A stretch of DNA of 64,000 nucleotides from Camelus ferus (Eukaryota), in NCBI RefSeq assembly GCF_009834535.1, contig NC_045699.1:10354001-10418000 (forward strand). Reading direction: 5' to 3'. This document shows positions 13,401 through 25,400 of this stretch, piece by piece; the first letter of the stretch is position 1, and each line of letters begins with the position of its first letter. A program made the position numbers and the translations under genes. The notes beneath the pieces are model-generated. The model was not told the origin of the DNA and did no database searches. It saw only the letters and a program-made list of their open reading frames with translations.

Positions 13401-16400
13401 AAATCTGAAGATATTTGGCTTGTTTTTGTTTCATACTTGGGTGCAGCTACTGCCCTCTGGAGACATGGAGATAGGTAGTTGATCCTGACTTTTTCCAGGG
13501 AACTTGAAGGATTTCTTGAATTTTGGGTCGTAAGGTATGTTTTTCTTTTATAAATTCCTTTCTCTTGTTTCATGCACATCCTACTTTCTGGCTCAAGTGT
13601 TAAATATTTTTTAATGATTTCTTAGCAGAATCTCTTTCTAAGAATTTGCCACTAATTCTTAATATTTAACCGTGGTTGGTGCCATTTGTCACACAGTATG
13701 CCACTGAATGGGTGCACGTGAACCCACATATTAAGAGAAGTTGTGTTTTTCTTTTGCTTTCTTCATTGATAACAGTGTTTATAATAGCCAAAAAATTCTT
13801 GATGTAATTTACATATCATAATTCACTCATTTAAACTTATAATTCAGTGTATGTTAGTATATTTATAGAATTATGTAACCATCACCATAATCAATTTCAG
13901 AACATTTCCATCACCCTTCACAAAGAAAACGCTGTACCCTTTAACTATCAATTCCCAGTTCCTCCACCTTCCTCATCACCCCACCTCGCCTCAGAAGTAA
14001 ACAACTAGTAATCTACTTTCTGTCTCTATAGACTTGCCTGTTCTGGACATAACATGCAGATGGAATCTTGCAGTATGTGCTCTTTTGTGACTGGCTTCAT
14101 TGACCTAGCTTAATGTTTTAAAAGTTCATCAGTGTTATGCCATATATCAGCACAGTGTTCCAGCATATATCAGTCCTTCAGTTCTTTTTATAGCCAAATA
14201 ATATTCCATTGCATGGGTATACCAAAGTCTGTTTGTTTTTTTACAGTTAAGGATTATGTATCCTGAGAACTGGTTTTCTTGTGTGATTCCCCTGCCCCCT
14301 AACTTTAAGATTAAATTACTTTGTTCATAAATTTTGGGTTGTAGTCTTGCCAAAACTTGTACATTGAAAGCTTTCTTCTTGGGGGTATTGCTTGGTTGGT
14401 AGAGCGCATGCTGAGCTTGTGTGAGGTACTTGATTCAGTTCCCAGTACCTTTATTTGAAAAGGGGGGGGGAGAAAGCTTTCTTCTTAGAGCTAGTTTGTT
14501 TTTTTTTTTCCTTTTAACCCGAGTTTCTGACCTTTCTGTAGGCCATGGTGAACTGTGTGTGAAGTCTCACCTTTGCCTTTTGACAGTGTTGAAATAGACA
14601 GTAGCCCCTGATATGCATGATTAGGATTCTTCCACTTTTATATATTTTTTTGTTGAAGTATAGTCAGTTTACAATGTTGTGTCAATTTCTGGTGTACAGC
14701 ACAGTGCTTCAGTCATACATGAACATACATATATTTGTTTTTGTATTCTTTTTCACCATGTTACTACAAGATATTGAACATTGTTCCGTGTGCTATACAG
14801 TATGAACTTGTTGTTTATCTATTTTATATATATTTGTTAGTGTCTACAAATCTTGAACTCCCAATTTATCCCTTCCAACCCCTTCACCCCACCCAGTAAC
14901 CATAAGTTTGTTTTCTATGTCTGTGAGTCTGTTTCTGTTTTATAAATAAGTTCGTTTGTTTTTGTGTTTTTTTTTTTTTTTTAGATTGGGTTCCTCCACT
15001 TTTAAAGATATTTCCTTCTGTTTTCCTGTCTCTAGAAATAGGGTAGATTTTTGTCAAGACCATATTAATAGTTTAACTTGAACTACTGGATAAGTTAGTT
15101 ATACATGATTAAATATACATTTAGTTATGTTAGCATAGCTAATATATCCCCTGGCAACCTCCTTTCTCTAAATTTGACTACTCTTAGGTAACGTCATATA
15201 AGTGGAATCATGAAATACTTGTCTTTNNNNNNNNNNNNNNNNNNNNNNNNNNNNNNNNNNNNNNNNNNNNNNNNNNNNNNNNNNNNNNNNNNNNNNNNNN
15301 NNNNNNNNNNNNNNNNNNNNNNNNNNNNNNNNNNNNNNNNNNNNNNNNNNNNNNNNNNNNNNNNNNNNNNNNNNNNNNNNNNNNNNNNNNNNNNTGTCTA
15401 TTGTGAGTAAGTCTGCTATGAATATGAACATGGGTGTACAAATACCTCTTCAAGACCCCATTTTGAATTTTCTTGGGTATATACCCACAGGTGGAATAGC
15501 AGAATCATATGATAATTCTATTTTTTTTGGAGGGGGTGGAGAGTGGAATTGCCATACTGTTTTCCACATTCCATTTTACATTCCCCTCAAATAGTGCACA
15601 AAGGCTTCAATTTCTCTGCATTCTTGCCACCACTTATTTTCTATTCTCTCTCTCTCCACTGTAATGAGTGCCAGGTTTCCGTAATGATTAGTGATGTTGA
15701 GAGTCTCTTCATTTGCTTATTGGCCATTTGTGTATCTTTTTTGGAGAAATGTCTATTTTAAGCCCCTTGTCTATTTTTGAATCCAATTGTTGTTGAGTTG
15801 TAGAATTTATTTATGTATTCTTGATGTTACTCTCTTATCAAATAAATGATGTGCAAATATTCTTAGGTTGCCTTTTTACTCTGTTCGTATCTTTTGATGC
15901 ATCAGTTTAATATCTCTTTTCCCTTTTCTCGCCTGTTTCTTTGGTGTTATATCCAAGAAATCATTACCAAATTTAGTGTTGTGAAGGTTATGCTCTATAT
16001 TTTCTTCTAAGAGTTGTATAGTTTTAGCTCTTGCATTTCAGTCTTTACTTCAAACTTTAGGATTTGATTAAGAAAAACTGGAGAGTTGCTGAATAAAACT
16101 ATTTCTTCTTGTTGTTTGTCTGCTCTCTTATTTACTGCCATTTTGGCCATTGGTTAAAAGCCCTAGTATTAAAAATGGTATATGATAGTACCTTCAGTTT
16201 ACTTAGCGTTTTCTTCTTTTTGGTTCTCATTTTGTTTTATAGTAGACGCTTATGATGTCATGCTGTTTGCACCAGTTGATTTAAAAAGACCTAGAATATA
16301 TTTTTAAGTATAACCTGCCTATGTTAAGCTGCTACGTATGATAAATATCATACAAGCAAAATTAAATTCTTTCTTATGCTTTGAAATTAGTAACTATAGG

Positions 16401-19400
16401 TATTCGTGTCATTAGAGACCAGCAGATTGGGTGCACTGTTGGGGATGTTGGTGCTGTTAGGAACAGTGACAGTAATGTTTGGGTAGTTGGGTAGTGGTGT
16501 ATATTGGATGAAGTTGGTAGAATTATAATTGTGAAGGACGTAAATATCATTTACACTTTTTTTTTTTTAATTGAAAGGATTTGGACGTGGCAGAGGGAGA
16601 GGGACAGGAAGATTCTCAACCCAAGGCATGGGGTAAGTCTTAACCATCCTATTTTTGAAGTTGCTACCTTCTCTAGTTGTTACTCTTTTCCTTCCTCTGT
16701 CTTATACTCAGTTTATTTATCCTGGTGAGTCAGATATTTTCTATGCTTAAAGAGAAAATATTGTAAAAGCAAAACAGCATGAATAAAATTGTATTGCAGT
16801 AAGCTCTAGAGCAGAATTTCTAGCCCCAGATCTATTGATACTTTGGATTGGATAATAGTTTGTTCAGGTGGTGGGGTTCCCTTGACGTTATAGGATGTTT
16901 AGCAACATCCCTGGCCTCTCCCTATTAGATGCCAGTTGCACCCCTCCTCAAGTTGTGACAATCAAAAATGTCTCCAGACCTCGCCAAATGTTCCCTGGGA
17001 GGGAGGTGCACAACCACCCCAGTTGAAAACCATTGCCTAAGAGTTATGTTGGTAAATCCAGCAATTGTCTTTGAATGGTAAGTAAATGCAATGTTTATTT
17101 GTGAAAAGTGATCATTTTTACCCTGAATTGTAATAGTGAAGAATAAGTATATCGTTATTAAATAGGTTATATAGTTATTTATTCATTATTTCTAGTTGTT
17201 CTTTCACTTTTTGCTGTTATCCAAAACATTAGCTCCCCCTGGATTTTGATTAAAAGTTTTTAAATATCTTACAAAGGCCATAAGTAGATGACAGTCAGGA
17301 AAGGAAAGGAAAAGAAAGGAATTAGTTCCAGGAAAAGCCCTTTATCTCTCCGTATCTATCAGGGCACCACTGTTGGGTGTCACTGCCTTCAGATGGTGAT
17401 TCCTGCCATCTCTGTTTTTTCTGCATGAACTCCCTGTGGACAAAGGGAAGATGAAAACACAGGAAGCAAACTTGCCAGAACATTTAAACATGTAAACCCA
17501 ACCCAGTAGCTTTAAACTGTTTGTGTATTTTGCTGTTAATTAAAAAAAATTCTTTTGTGATTCTTTTGTCAATGATACCCCAATAATACTGAATTTTTTT
17601 TTTAAATTCTGTTGTAAAAATTTTAGAGATGGTATTTAATTTGGCTCGAGTTAGACTTCTGAATCATGGGTATTTAGGATTTTAATTAAAAAGAGAGGTC
17701 CCAAACAAAATGTTTTCTTTTTATCTATATTATTATTTCTAAACAAAAAGGATTATATTCTTCTATTTTAAAAGGTTCAAAGCCAAACTTGAATTCTGAC
17801 TTGGAAAGAAAAGACCTGTTGCCTGTTTAAGTCTAGACTTGGTTTTTGGTGGGGAGTGGGGCGAGGGGCTTTTCATTAGAGCCCTTAACCTGCCTAGAAC
17901 TATTACAGGTCTCCACACCTGCTTTAGGATGCAGAGGACAACAATTTAGGGGGGGAGTAGGGGCAGCACACAAGAGTACATGGAAGATCCCTAGGCAGCT
18001 TCTGCTTTTCAGAAGATCTGCATTCTGATGGCTAAAAGAATTGACTGTAACTAAATAGGAGAAGGGGTGGTAGGGTGAAATTTCTTATATTGGTTCTTAG
18101 GGGTTGTTTCTGGGAAGATGATGTACAGTTAATTCTGTGACTTTGGTGAGTGCTTCATTTGCATTTATTCTTTATTTATTTCAAACCAAGGACATTTAAT
18201 CCTGCGGACTATTCAGATTCGCCATCTATAGATGGGTGTGGGACAAAATCGGTAGTTTGGGAAGCTGCTCAGAATGGTGCGGATGAGGGAACTGGTAAGT
18301 GTCTGTTCTCGCCAGAGATGAGTTTTAATGTTTGAGCTCTTAACTTACAGAGATGACATTAAAGAACTCTGATGGAGAGAAATGAAAAACAAGCAGCTGT
18401 CCTATCTCTGAGACTACTGTTAGTTGGTTCTTAACCTCCAAAGTCTCTCATTTATAAATCTCATTGATGATAAGGTATATGATTTTTCCCTTTCTCACTC
18501 TGAGGAAGAGGATGTATTCTATGTGTGTAAGTCAGTACAAACCCACACTCAACTCTCAGTGTGTCAGGGATATATAGAATTTCTTAGTGGAAGACTGGAA
18601 ACAGAAAGTACTTACCATTCCTAACAGTGGACACAAATTTAGCCAGACAAAGAGGTAGATGATGAGAGATAGCTTTGGGGCAGCAATTGCTTTTGCAGAC
18701 TTTTTTGTATCTTGTAATTTTAGGATAATTTTTTTCCCCTGAAATTCATGGATGAATACTTGTTAATTGGCTTATTTAATAGAGCTCTTTTGAGGATTTG
18801 TTCATGATAGTATATATTAATTGTTGTGATTATATTTATAAAACAGAATTTGACACTTCATAAATTATAACCCAAAATACAAAGATATAGCTCAATAAAT
18901 ATCTAAAAAAGACAGTGTCACCATCACAGAAGCACAATCAATGAATTAGAAATTAAAGATAGTATAGAGAGGACCAACAAAAGTTATAAAAATTGTAGTT
19001 TGAAAAGACTAGTGAAATTGATAAGCTTATTGTGAGACTGATAAAGGCAAGGAGAAGAAACAGATACAGTTGATTGTAGGAATAAGAAGAGGAATCTTGA
19101 TAATAGATTATAATTATAATTATAATTAATTAATGCTACAGCTATTAAAAATCATAAAAAGATTCTTTGTCATACTTACCTGAGAGGGGAGATACCATGA
19201 ACACAAAGGTGATTTTCCCAGGGCGAGGCTCATCCACTGCACTCTGGATGTGCTGACCCCTGCAGTTTCCCCAGATGTGGGAAGCTCAGCTGCATAATTT
19301 GTGGTAGCGGGGGCTGCATTTAAAAAAAAAAAGAAAGATGCTTTGTCAATTTTTTTGCTAACATTTGAAATTACAGATTAATCTCACTCTTCAACACATA

Positions 19401-22400
19401 TATAAAAAATTTAAGCCAAAATATTAAAAAAACAGAATTCAGTGAACTAGAAAAAGGATAGTATATAATGGCCATATTAAAATTTATACTTGGTATTCAA
19501 GTATAACATTAAAAAAAATCAAACAATTCCTAGATATATACCCAATAGAATGGAAGAAATAGGTCAATATAAAACCCAGATGTCTTTCAGTGGATGAGTA
19601 GATAGATAAAATTTTCTACATTAGGCAAATACATAAGAGACAGATGTAAATTGGTGGTTGCTGAGGCTGGGAATGTTTGGGAGAAACTGGGAGTGACTAC
19701 TAATGGGTTCAGGGTTTTTTGGAGTGATGAAAATGTCCTGGAATAGATAGTTGTGATTGTTGTACAACTTGTGAATATACTAAAAACTAACTGTGCCTTC
19801 AAAGGATAGATTTTATGCTATGTGAGTTATATCTCAGTAACAAAGATGAGTATCATTCACTCCTTTAGCAGAATAAAAGAGAAAATTCATATAATTTCAA
19901 TAAGGAAAGGCATTTGACAAAACCCAACATCCACTCCTGATTGCTGCAAAAGTTACAGCAAACATTACAGTTAGTGGTGATTTATAGAATGTTGTTCCTC
20001 TGTAGCAAAGTCAAGGGGTTTACTCTCATTACTATTACTTTTTTTTTTTTAATAAAAGGCTAAAGATTTAGTTGAACTGAAGAGAAACAGGAGAATTACT
20101 CTTATTATTTCTATTCACCACTGTACCAGAGGTCCTAACCATTGAATTAAGGAATGAAAAAGAAAAGGAGTGGAAAGGGAGGAAGAAACCTGTCATTTTG
20201 GCAATAATGTAAAAGAATATAGATTAATTATTAAAATTAACAAGGTGCTAGGTAGTTCAGTTAACAGGTAATTTTCTGTAAACCATCAACAAAGAGAAAA
20301 TGGAAAAGTCAAGATAACCTAAGTCTAATAATATGCAAGATAAGATTTCCGCCTATGAAAATGTAAAGTATAGAATAAAATCTTAATCAGTTAAAAAAAG
20401 AAAATGGAAAATATGAAATCTTACAGTAAAGTACAAAGTTGAGAGGTTGAGGGGGGAGGGTATAGCTTAAGTGGTAGAGCGCATGCTTAGCATGCACGAG
20501 GTCCTGGGTTCAGTCTCCAGTCCCTCCTCTAAAAATAAGTGAACCTAATCACCCCCCCCCCAAATAAAAAATAATTAAGTATTACAATAAAAAAAATCTT
20601 GAGAGGTTGAAGAAGGAATAATAATGATAGTACAGAAACATGAAGTAAATCTGACAGTATGTGCAAGATTTATATGTTGAGAATTATATAACTTGATGAT
20701 GAATATCAGAGATGACCCCAAAAGAGGGGGAGGTACTCAGTGTTTATGAATTGGAAGACTCAATATTATTGACATGTCGTTTCTCCCCACATTGATGATG
20801 CAGGTTCGGTACACATTTAGTAAAAATCCTAGCAGGTGTTTTGGTGTAAATTGATGACTTGATTATAAAATTTTTATAGAAAAGTGTAGGAATGAACATA
20901 GCACAAACAATTTTGAAAACTAACAACATTCAAAGACTCATGCTTGTTAATTTTAAGAAGTTACCTAAAGCTACAGTAATCAAGACTTGAAATTGGCAAA
21001 AGCATAGAGATAGATCAATTGTATAATAACAAATCTAGAAATAAACCCACAGACACATGGCTAATTGATTTTTGGACAAAGGTTTCAAGGCCGTTCAGTG
21101 GCATACATTATACTCTATATAAAAAGATAACCAGAAGTGTATAATAGCTCTACACATGAAATCTGAAAGCACAACTTAAAAAAAAAAATACGGGGTAAAT
21201 CTTAGCCACCTTGGGTTAGGCAAAGATTTCTTATATAGGAGATAAGCATGAGTCATAAAAGAAAAATACAGTTCCTCAGAAGAGACTAAAGTGAAAGAAT
21301 AAGGCATAGTTTGGAGGAAATACTTATTTAAAACTTCTGTTTGAAAAGGGACTTTATATAGAATATATAAAGAACTCTCACAACTCATTAATAACAAAAT
21401 AAGCAACTTGATAAAATAAGTGAGCAATTAAAAATGAATGAAAAATGAAAAAGTTGTGGAAATGGGTGGTGATGATTATATAACATTGTAAATTACTTAA
21501 GGCCAATGAATTGTACACTTAAAAAAGATTATCATGGTAAATTTTTAATACTGGAACAAAAAATTAACATAGAACTATGCACACACTTTGTGTCTATGTC
21601 TTTTTGTTGTTGCTATTTTACTATAATTAGATGCAGTTTGGTCATTGGGCAAGAATGGGTGAAGGATAACTTCTTGTGAATCTATAATTATTTTAAAATT
21701 AAAAGTTAATGAAATATGAACAAAAGATATGAAGCAAAAGATGCTTCACAAAGGGAGATACATGGGTGAGAAGAACATAAAAATATGCTCATCATTATTG
21801 GTCATTGGGGAAATACAAATTAACCACAGTAGGTTACCACCAGTAGGTTCTTCCATTAAAATGGTTTTAAAAGAAAACTGAGAGTACCAAGTATTAGTGG
21901 AGATGGAGTGGTAAATTGAACTCATACATTCCTAGTGTGGAAGCATACATTTACCGTACAATTTTACAATCCCAACCCTAGGTTTTTACTGAAGAGGAAT
22001 GAAAAGATATCCACACAAAAACCTGCTTGTGATGTTTATAGCAGCTTTATTTATAACCTCTACTGATTTTTAAGTCAGATGTTTGAAACAGAAGGTCAAA
22101 TCAGTCCATTAACTGATGTGCTTCTTTCTTCTTATTCATCCTTCTGCCTTCTTTAACCCTTCCCCCTCCATCTCCTTATTCTCGTTTACAGTAGCAGATT
22201 CCTTGCTGGAAAATATTTAGATAAGCAAAACACGTTTGATGTAAAATACAGTTAAAAGATGTTGTCATCTGATGGGGTGCTGGCTGTTTCTTAGAGTCCT
22301 CACAGAATGGTGTTGTCTTGTTGATAATAAAGTTCTGAGTCTAACCCACAGCCTTAAAGGCTCAGAAACCTGACTTTTGGCACAACATTGTAAACTGACT

Positions 22401-25400
22401 GTACTTCAATAAAAATATGTTAGAACAGAACAAAAAAGAAAAGAAAAAAAACAATAAAATATGTGCGAATTAAAAAAAAAAAAGGAAACCTGACTTTAGG
22501 ACAGGTTAATAATCAGATCCATTCCTTAGTCAGACTCACATTAACCAAGATAGAAAAACTGAAAGATAGTCAAAATACTAATTTATAAATGTACTAAAAA
22601 CAAACTTGTTAAACAGATTGGAATGCTGTGTCTGACAAGTGAGAAGGGAATTTGGTGAACATGGGAATGAGAACAAGGGATGCAAATTGAATGCTCAGGG
22701 TCCGTCTGGCTGATGAGATTTATGGCTGAATCATAGCAGTCTGTCATAGCTGGACTGCAGTAAGTTTACTTTTTCTTGGACACACAGTGTATATCTGTGT
22801 GTAAAAGAAGCATCAGAAAGCTTTGATGCTTTCCCTTTTCAGTTTAATTTGCTGACCAGTTTCTCTTCTGATGAATACCTTAATTGCTTTGATATGTTAA
22901 TACCTTCCATTTTACATTGATCCACAGAACTGGCAGCAAATCCTCCAATTGTAGCTCAGGATCTGTCAAACAAAAGTTCTTATGGACCCAAGGGTAATGC
23001 TTAGCTAAGAATCTTATAAAATGCTCAAAAGAGCTTCCATTTTTAAACCAAGGCTAGCTAATAAAAATTAATCAGGTGAATGTTTGTGAACTACATTTTT
23101 ACAACTACTTGATAAAATAATTAATCAGCTTTTGATAATGGAAATGTTTTTCACTTTGGCCTTCAAGGCAACCCAGATTTTGCATCATTGCTCCTTTTCC
23201 AAAGCTGCCTTTTTGTACTTTTGATATGTTCAAGTTAAATTGAACATAAAGCATGCATCTCACATTTATTGTTTTAAGCTGAGAATAAATTAATGTCGTT
23301 GAATTTTTCTCGTATGTTTGAGGTAAAGGTCTGTAGGTCTATAACAGGGACCAAGGTTTCACTGTAAAATTTTAATATTCCAAATTTAGATTATGGCCTG
23401 AGCCTGAATTGTTCTGTATTTAATGCCGTGCAGTTTCTGTAGTCTGCGTATCTAGGGTGGGTCAGTGCAACAGCCAGGCCTTGGCTTCTGATGTGGGGCT
23501 TCCCCTCTGTTGCCTGACATACCACTTTACCTGTTGAACTTCTGTTTACAGTTCTGGACATTGTCTTCTGCCTGATTTTAAATTACTTAGATTCTTATCC
23601 TATAAATTTGTGTTTTAACTATTTTCATAATACCCCTAAGTGGTAGGCCACTCTTATCATATGAAGGAATGTGTGTTTTAACTTATATCACTGAATTGTA
23701 TACTGAAAAATGATTACCATAGTTAATTTTAGAAGTATTCTACCACAACATAAAAACTTTTTGGAAAAAAGTATGTTGAACTTTAGGTTACTTTTAATAT
23801 TTTATAATTAGACTCTTGTAATGCCAAAGCATTGTTTCTCTGCCCTGGAATATTCCTTCTTTGTATGTCTTTCTGTTCAGATGTTTTCCAGCCACCAAGG
23901 TTTTTGCTGTGCTTCATCTTCCCCATAAACTTTCTCTTACTATTTTAGCTTTCACTAACTTTTTCATCCTCCAAATTTCTAATACATTAATCAGATCCAT
24001 GTAATTTGCTATCATCATGCTTTACATCTAGGCTTTTAACCAAGTGTTAGTTGGCTGATGATTGATGACAGAATTCCTAAGGAAAATTCCACCTTAAATT
24101 GTTTCCTGTTATAATTTTAGATGTTTCAGGAATGATTTTTGAGGCTTTGAAATGCTTTCTCTTTCTTGATTCAAGTGTCCCTAAAACTGCTTAGATCGAG
24201 CCTCAGCTTTTTGCAGTTTGTCAGCCGTTAAGAGTACTGTCTTCTTTGATAAATCTGACAGCATGAGCGTAGGGTAGGTTGGACGGAGGTGGCACTGAGA
24301 ATGCTGTATACCAGCCAGCTTTGAAATTAGGCCACTTGTGAGCTTTTAAAACTATACATGTACTTAGAAGTCTGGAAGGAAATACATTAAAAGATTCGAG
24401 ATTATATATTATACTTAAGAAAGGCCTGTTATAGGAGGAAGATGTTAGGTGTAGATGTATGGTTTGCCTTGGGTTCATTTAGCTTTATGCACAGTGTGCT
24501 CTCTAAGAGGAGGAGGAGTCTAGAGAACAAGGTCCCAGTACTTATTTCTAACTGGGACTAATTGCACCATGTGTTTTTTTGTTTTTTATTTTCCCCCACT
24601 GAAACTATTACTTCTTTCTGCTCTGATTTATGAAAATATTTTAATTTAAAGAGATATTTGGAGGGTACATAAATTCAATTGTGTTGTGACATTTCTGGAG
24701 AAATTAGGGAAACCATTTAAAGGTATGGTAAGTGAGCCAAAACAAAGGATCAGTTATCAGTTCAAATACTGAAATCTGTCACCATCAGGCTTTACTGTTA
24801 TTTCAAGAATACATACAGTTGAGAGGCACAGAAGAGCAGGGAGTACCTCTACCCATGTTCTTTTCCTGTAATGCATATGCGCCGTGATCCACCGTGTGGG
24901 TGACGTCTCTCCGTGATGTGCGTAGGTTTCTCACAGCAGGGGATATTTTCAGGTTTGAGACACCTCCCTTTTATACCCATAAGGTAGCATATCCTAGGTG
25001 ATGTTTTATTAGGAGCTGTGCTCCATAGATTCCGCGTTGGCCGTGACCAATCTCAAATTTGGGACATACAACTGAAAGCATTACATAGAGAAAGACTCTT
25101 CCTAGGTAACCATCGGTTTATTTATGAGGTGGTTGGTTATTAGGTTACTGACATGATTCCAAAGAAGTTAGTTCTGGTCGTGTGCGTTTTTTCCTTAGGA
25201 GTATGACCCTCCTCTTCCCACACACAAACCTCATTATAGATAAGGTGCTTAACCTATTTCTTCCATTGAAGGAACTGAAAAACATTCACAACCCCACTTC
25301 CTGGTGGTGGTTATAATTAGTATCTTGGTGTGTTTCTTTTAAAACCATTTTATCTGGGTGTGTATTCTCATGTATGCTTTAAAGTAGTGGACCTATACTT

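Larger units (their letters stand above)
18820..22070 (+). mobile_element. Old fragmented L1M (ORF2 and 3' remnants) hosting nested U1, SINE and other L1 pieces
   Basis: Degenerate ORF2-like segments (gaaaagactagtgaaattgataagc; ctaaagctacagtaatcaagac; tatataaagaactctcacaactc); boundaries approximate. Confidence 0.75.

Noticed and set aside
15168-15453. ORFs spanning the N runs (also 60282-60774)
   Set aside because: Artefacts of undetermined bases; only the UBE2R2 frame at 60687-60817 is real.
19172-19332. Functional U1 snRNA gene
   Set aside because: A-tailed, flanked by a TSD, missing stem-loop IV, loops mutated, and embedded in L1 sequence with no recognisable snRNA promoter or 3' box.
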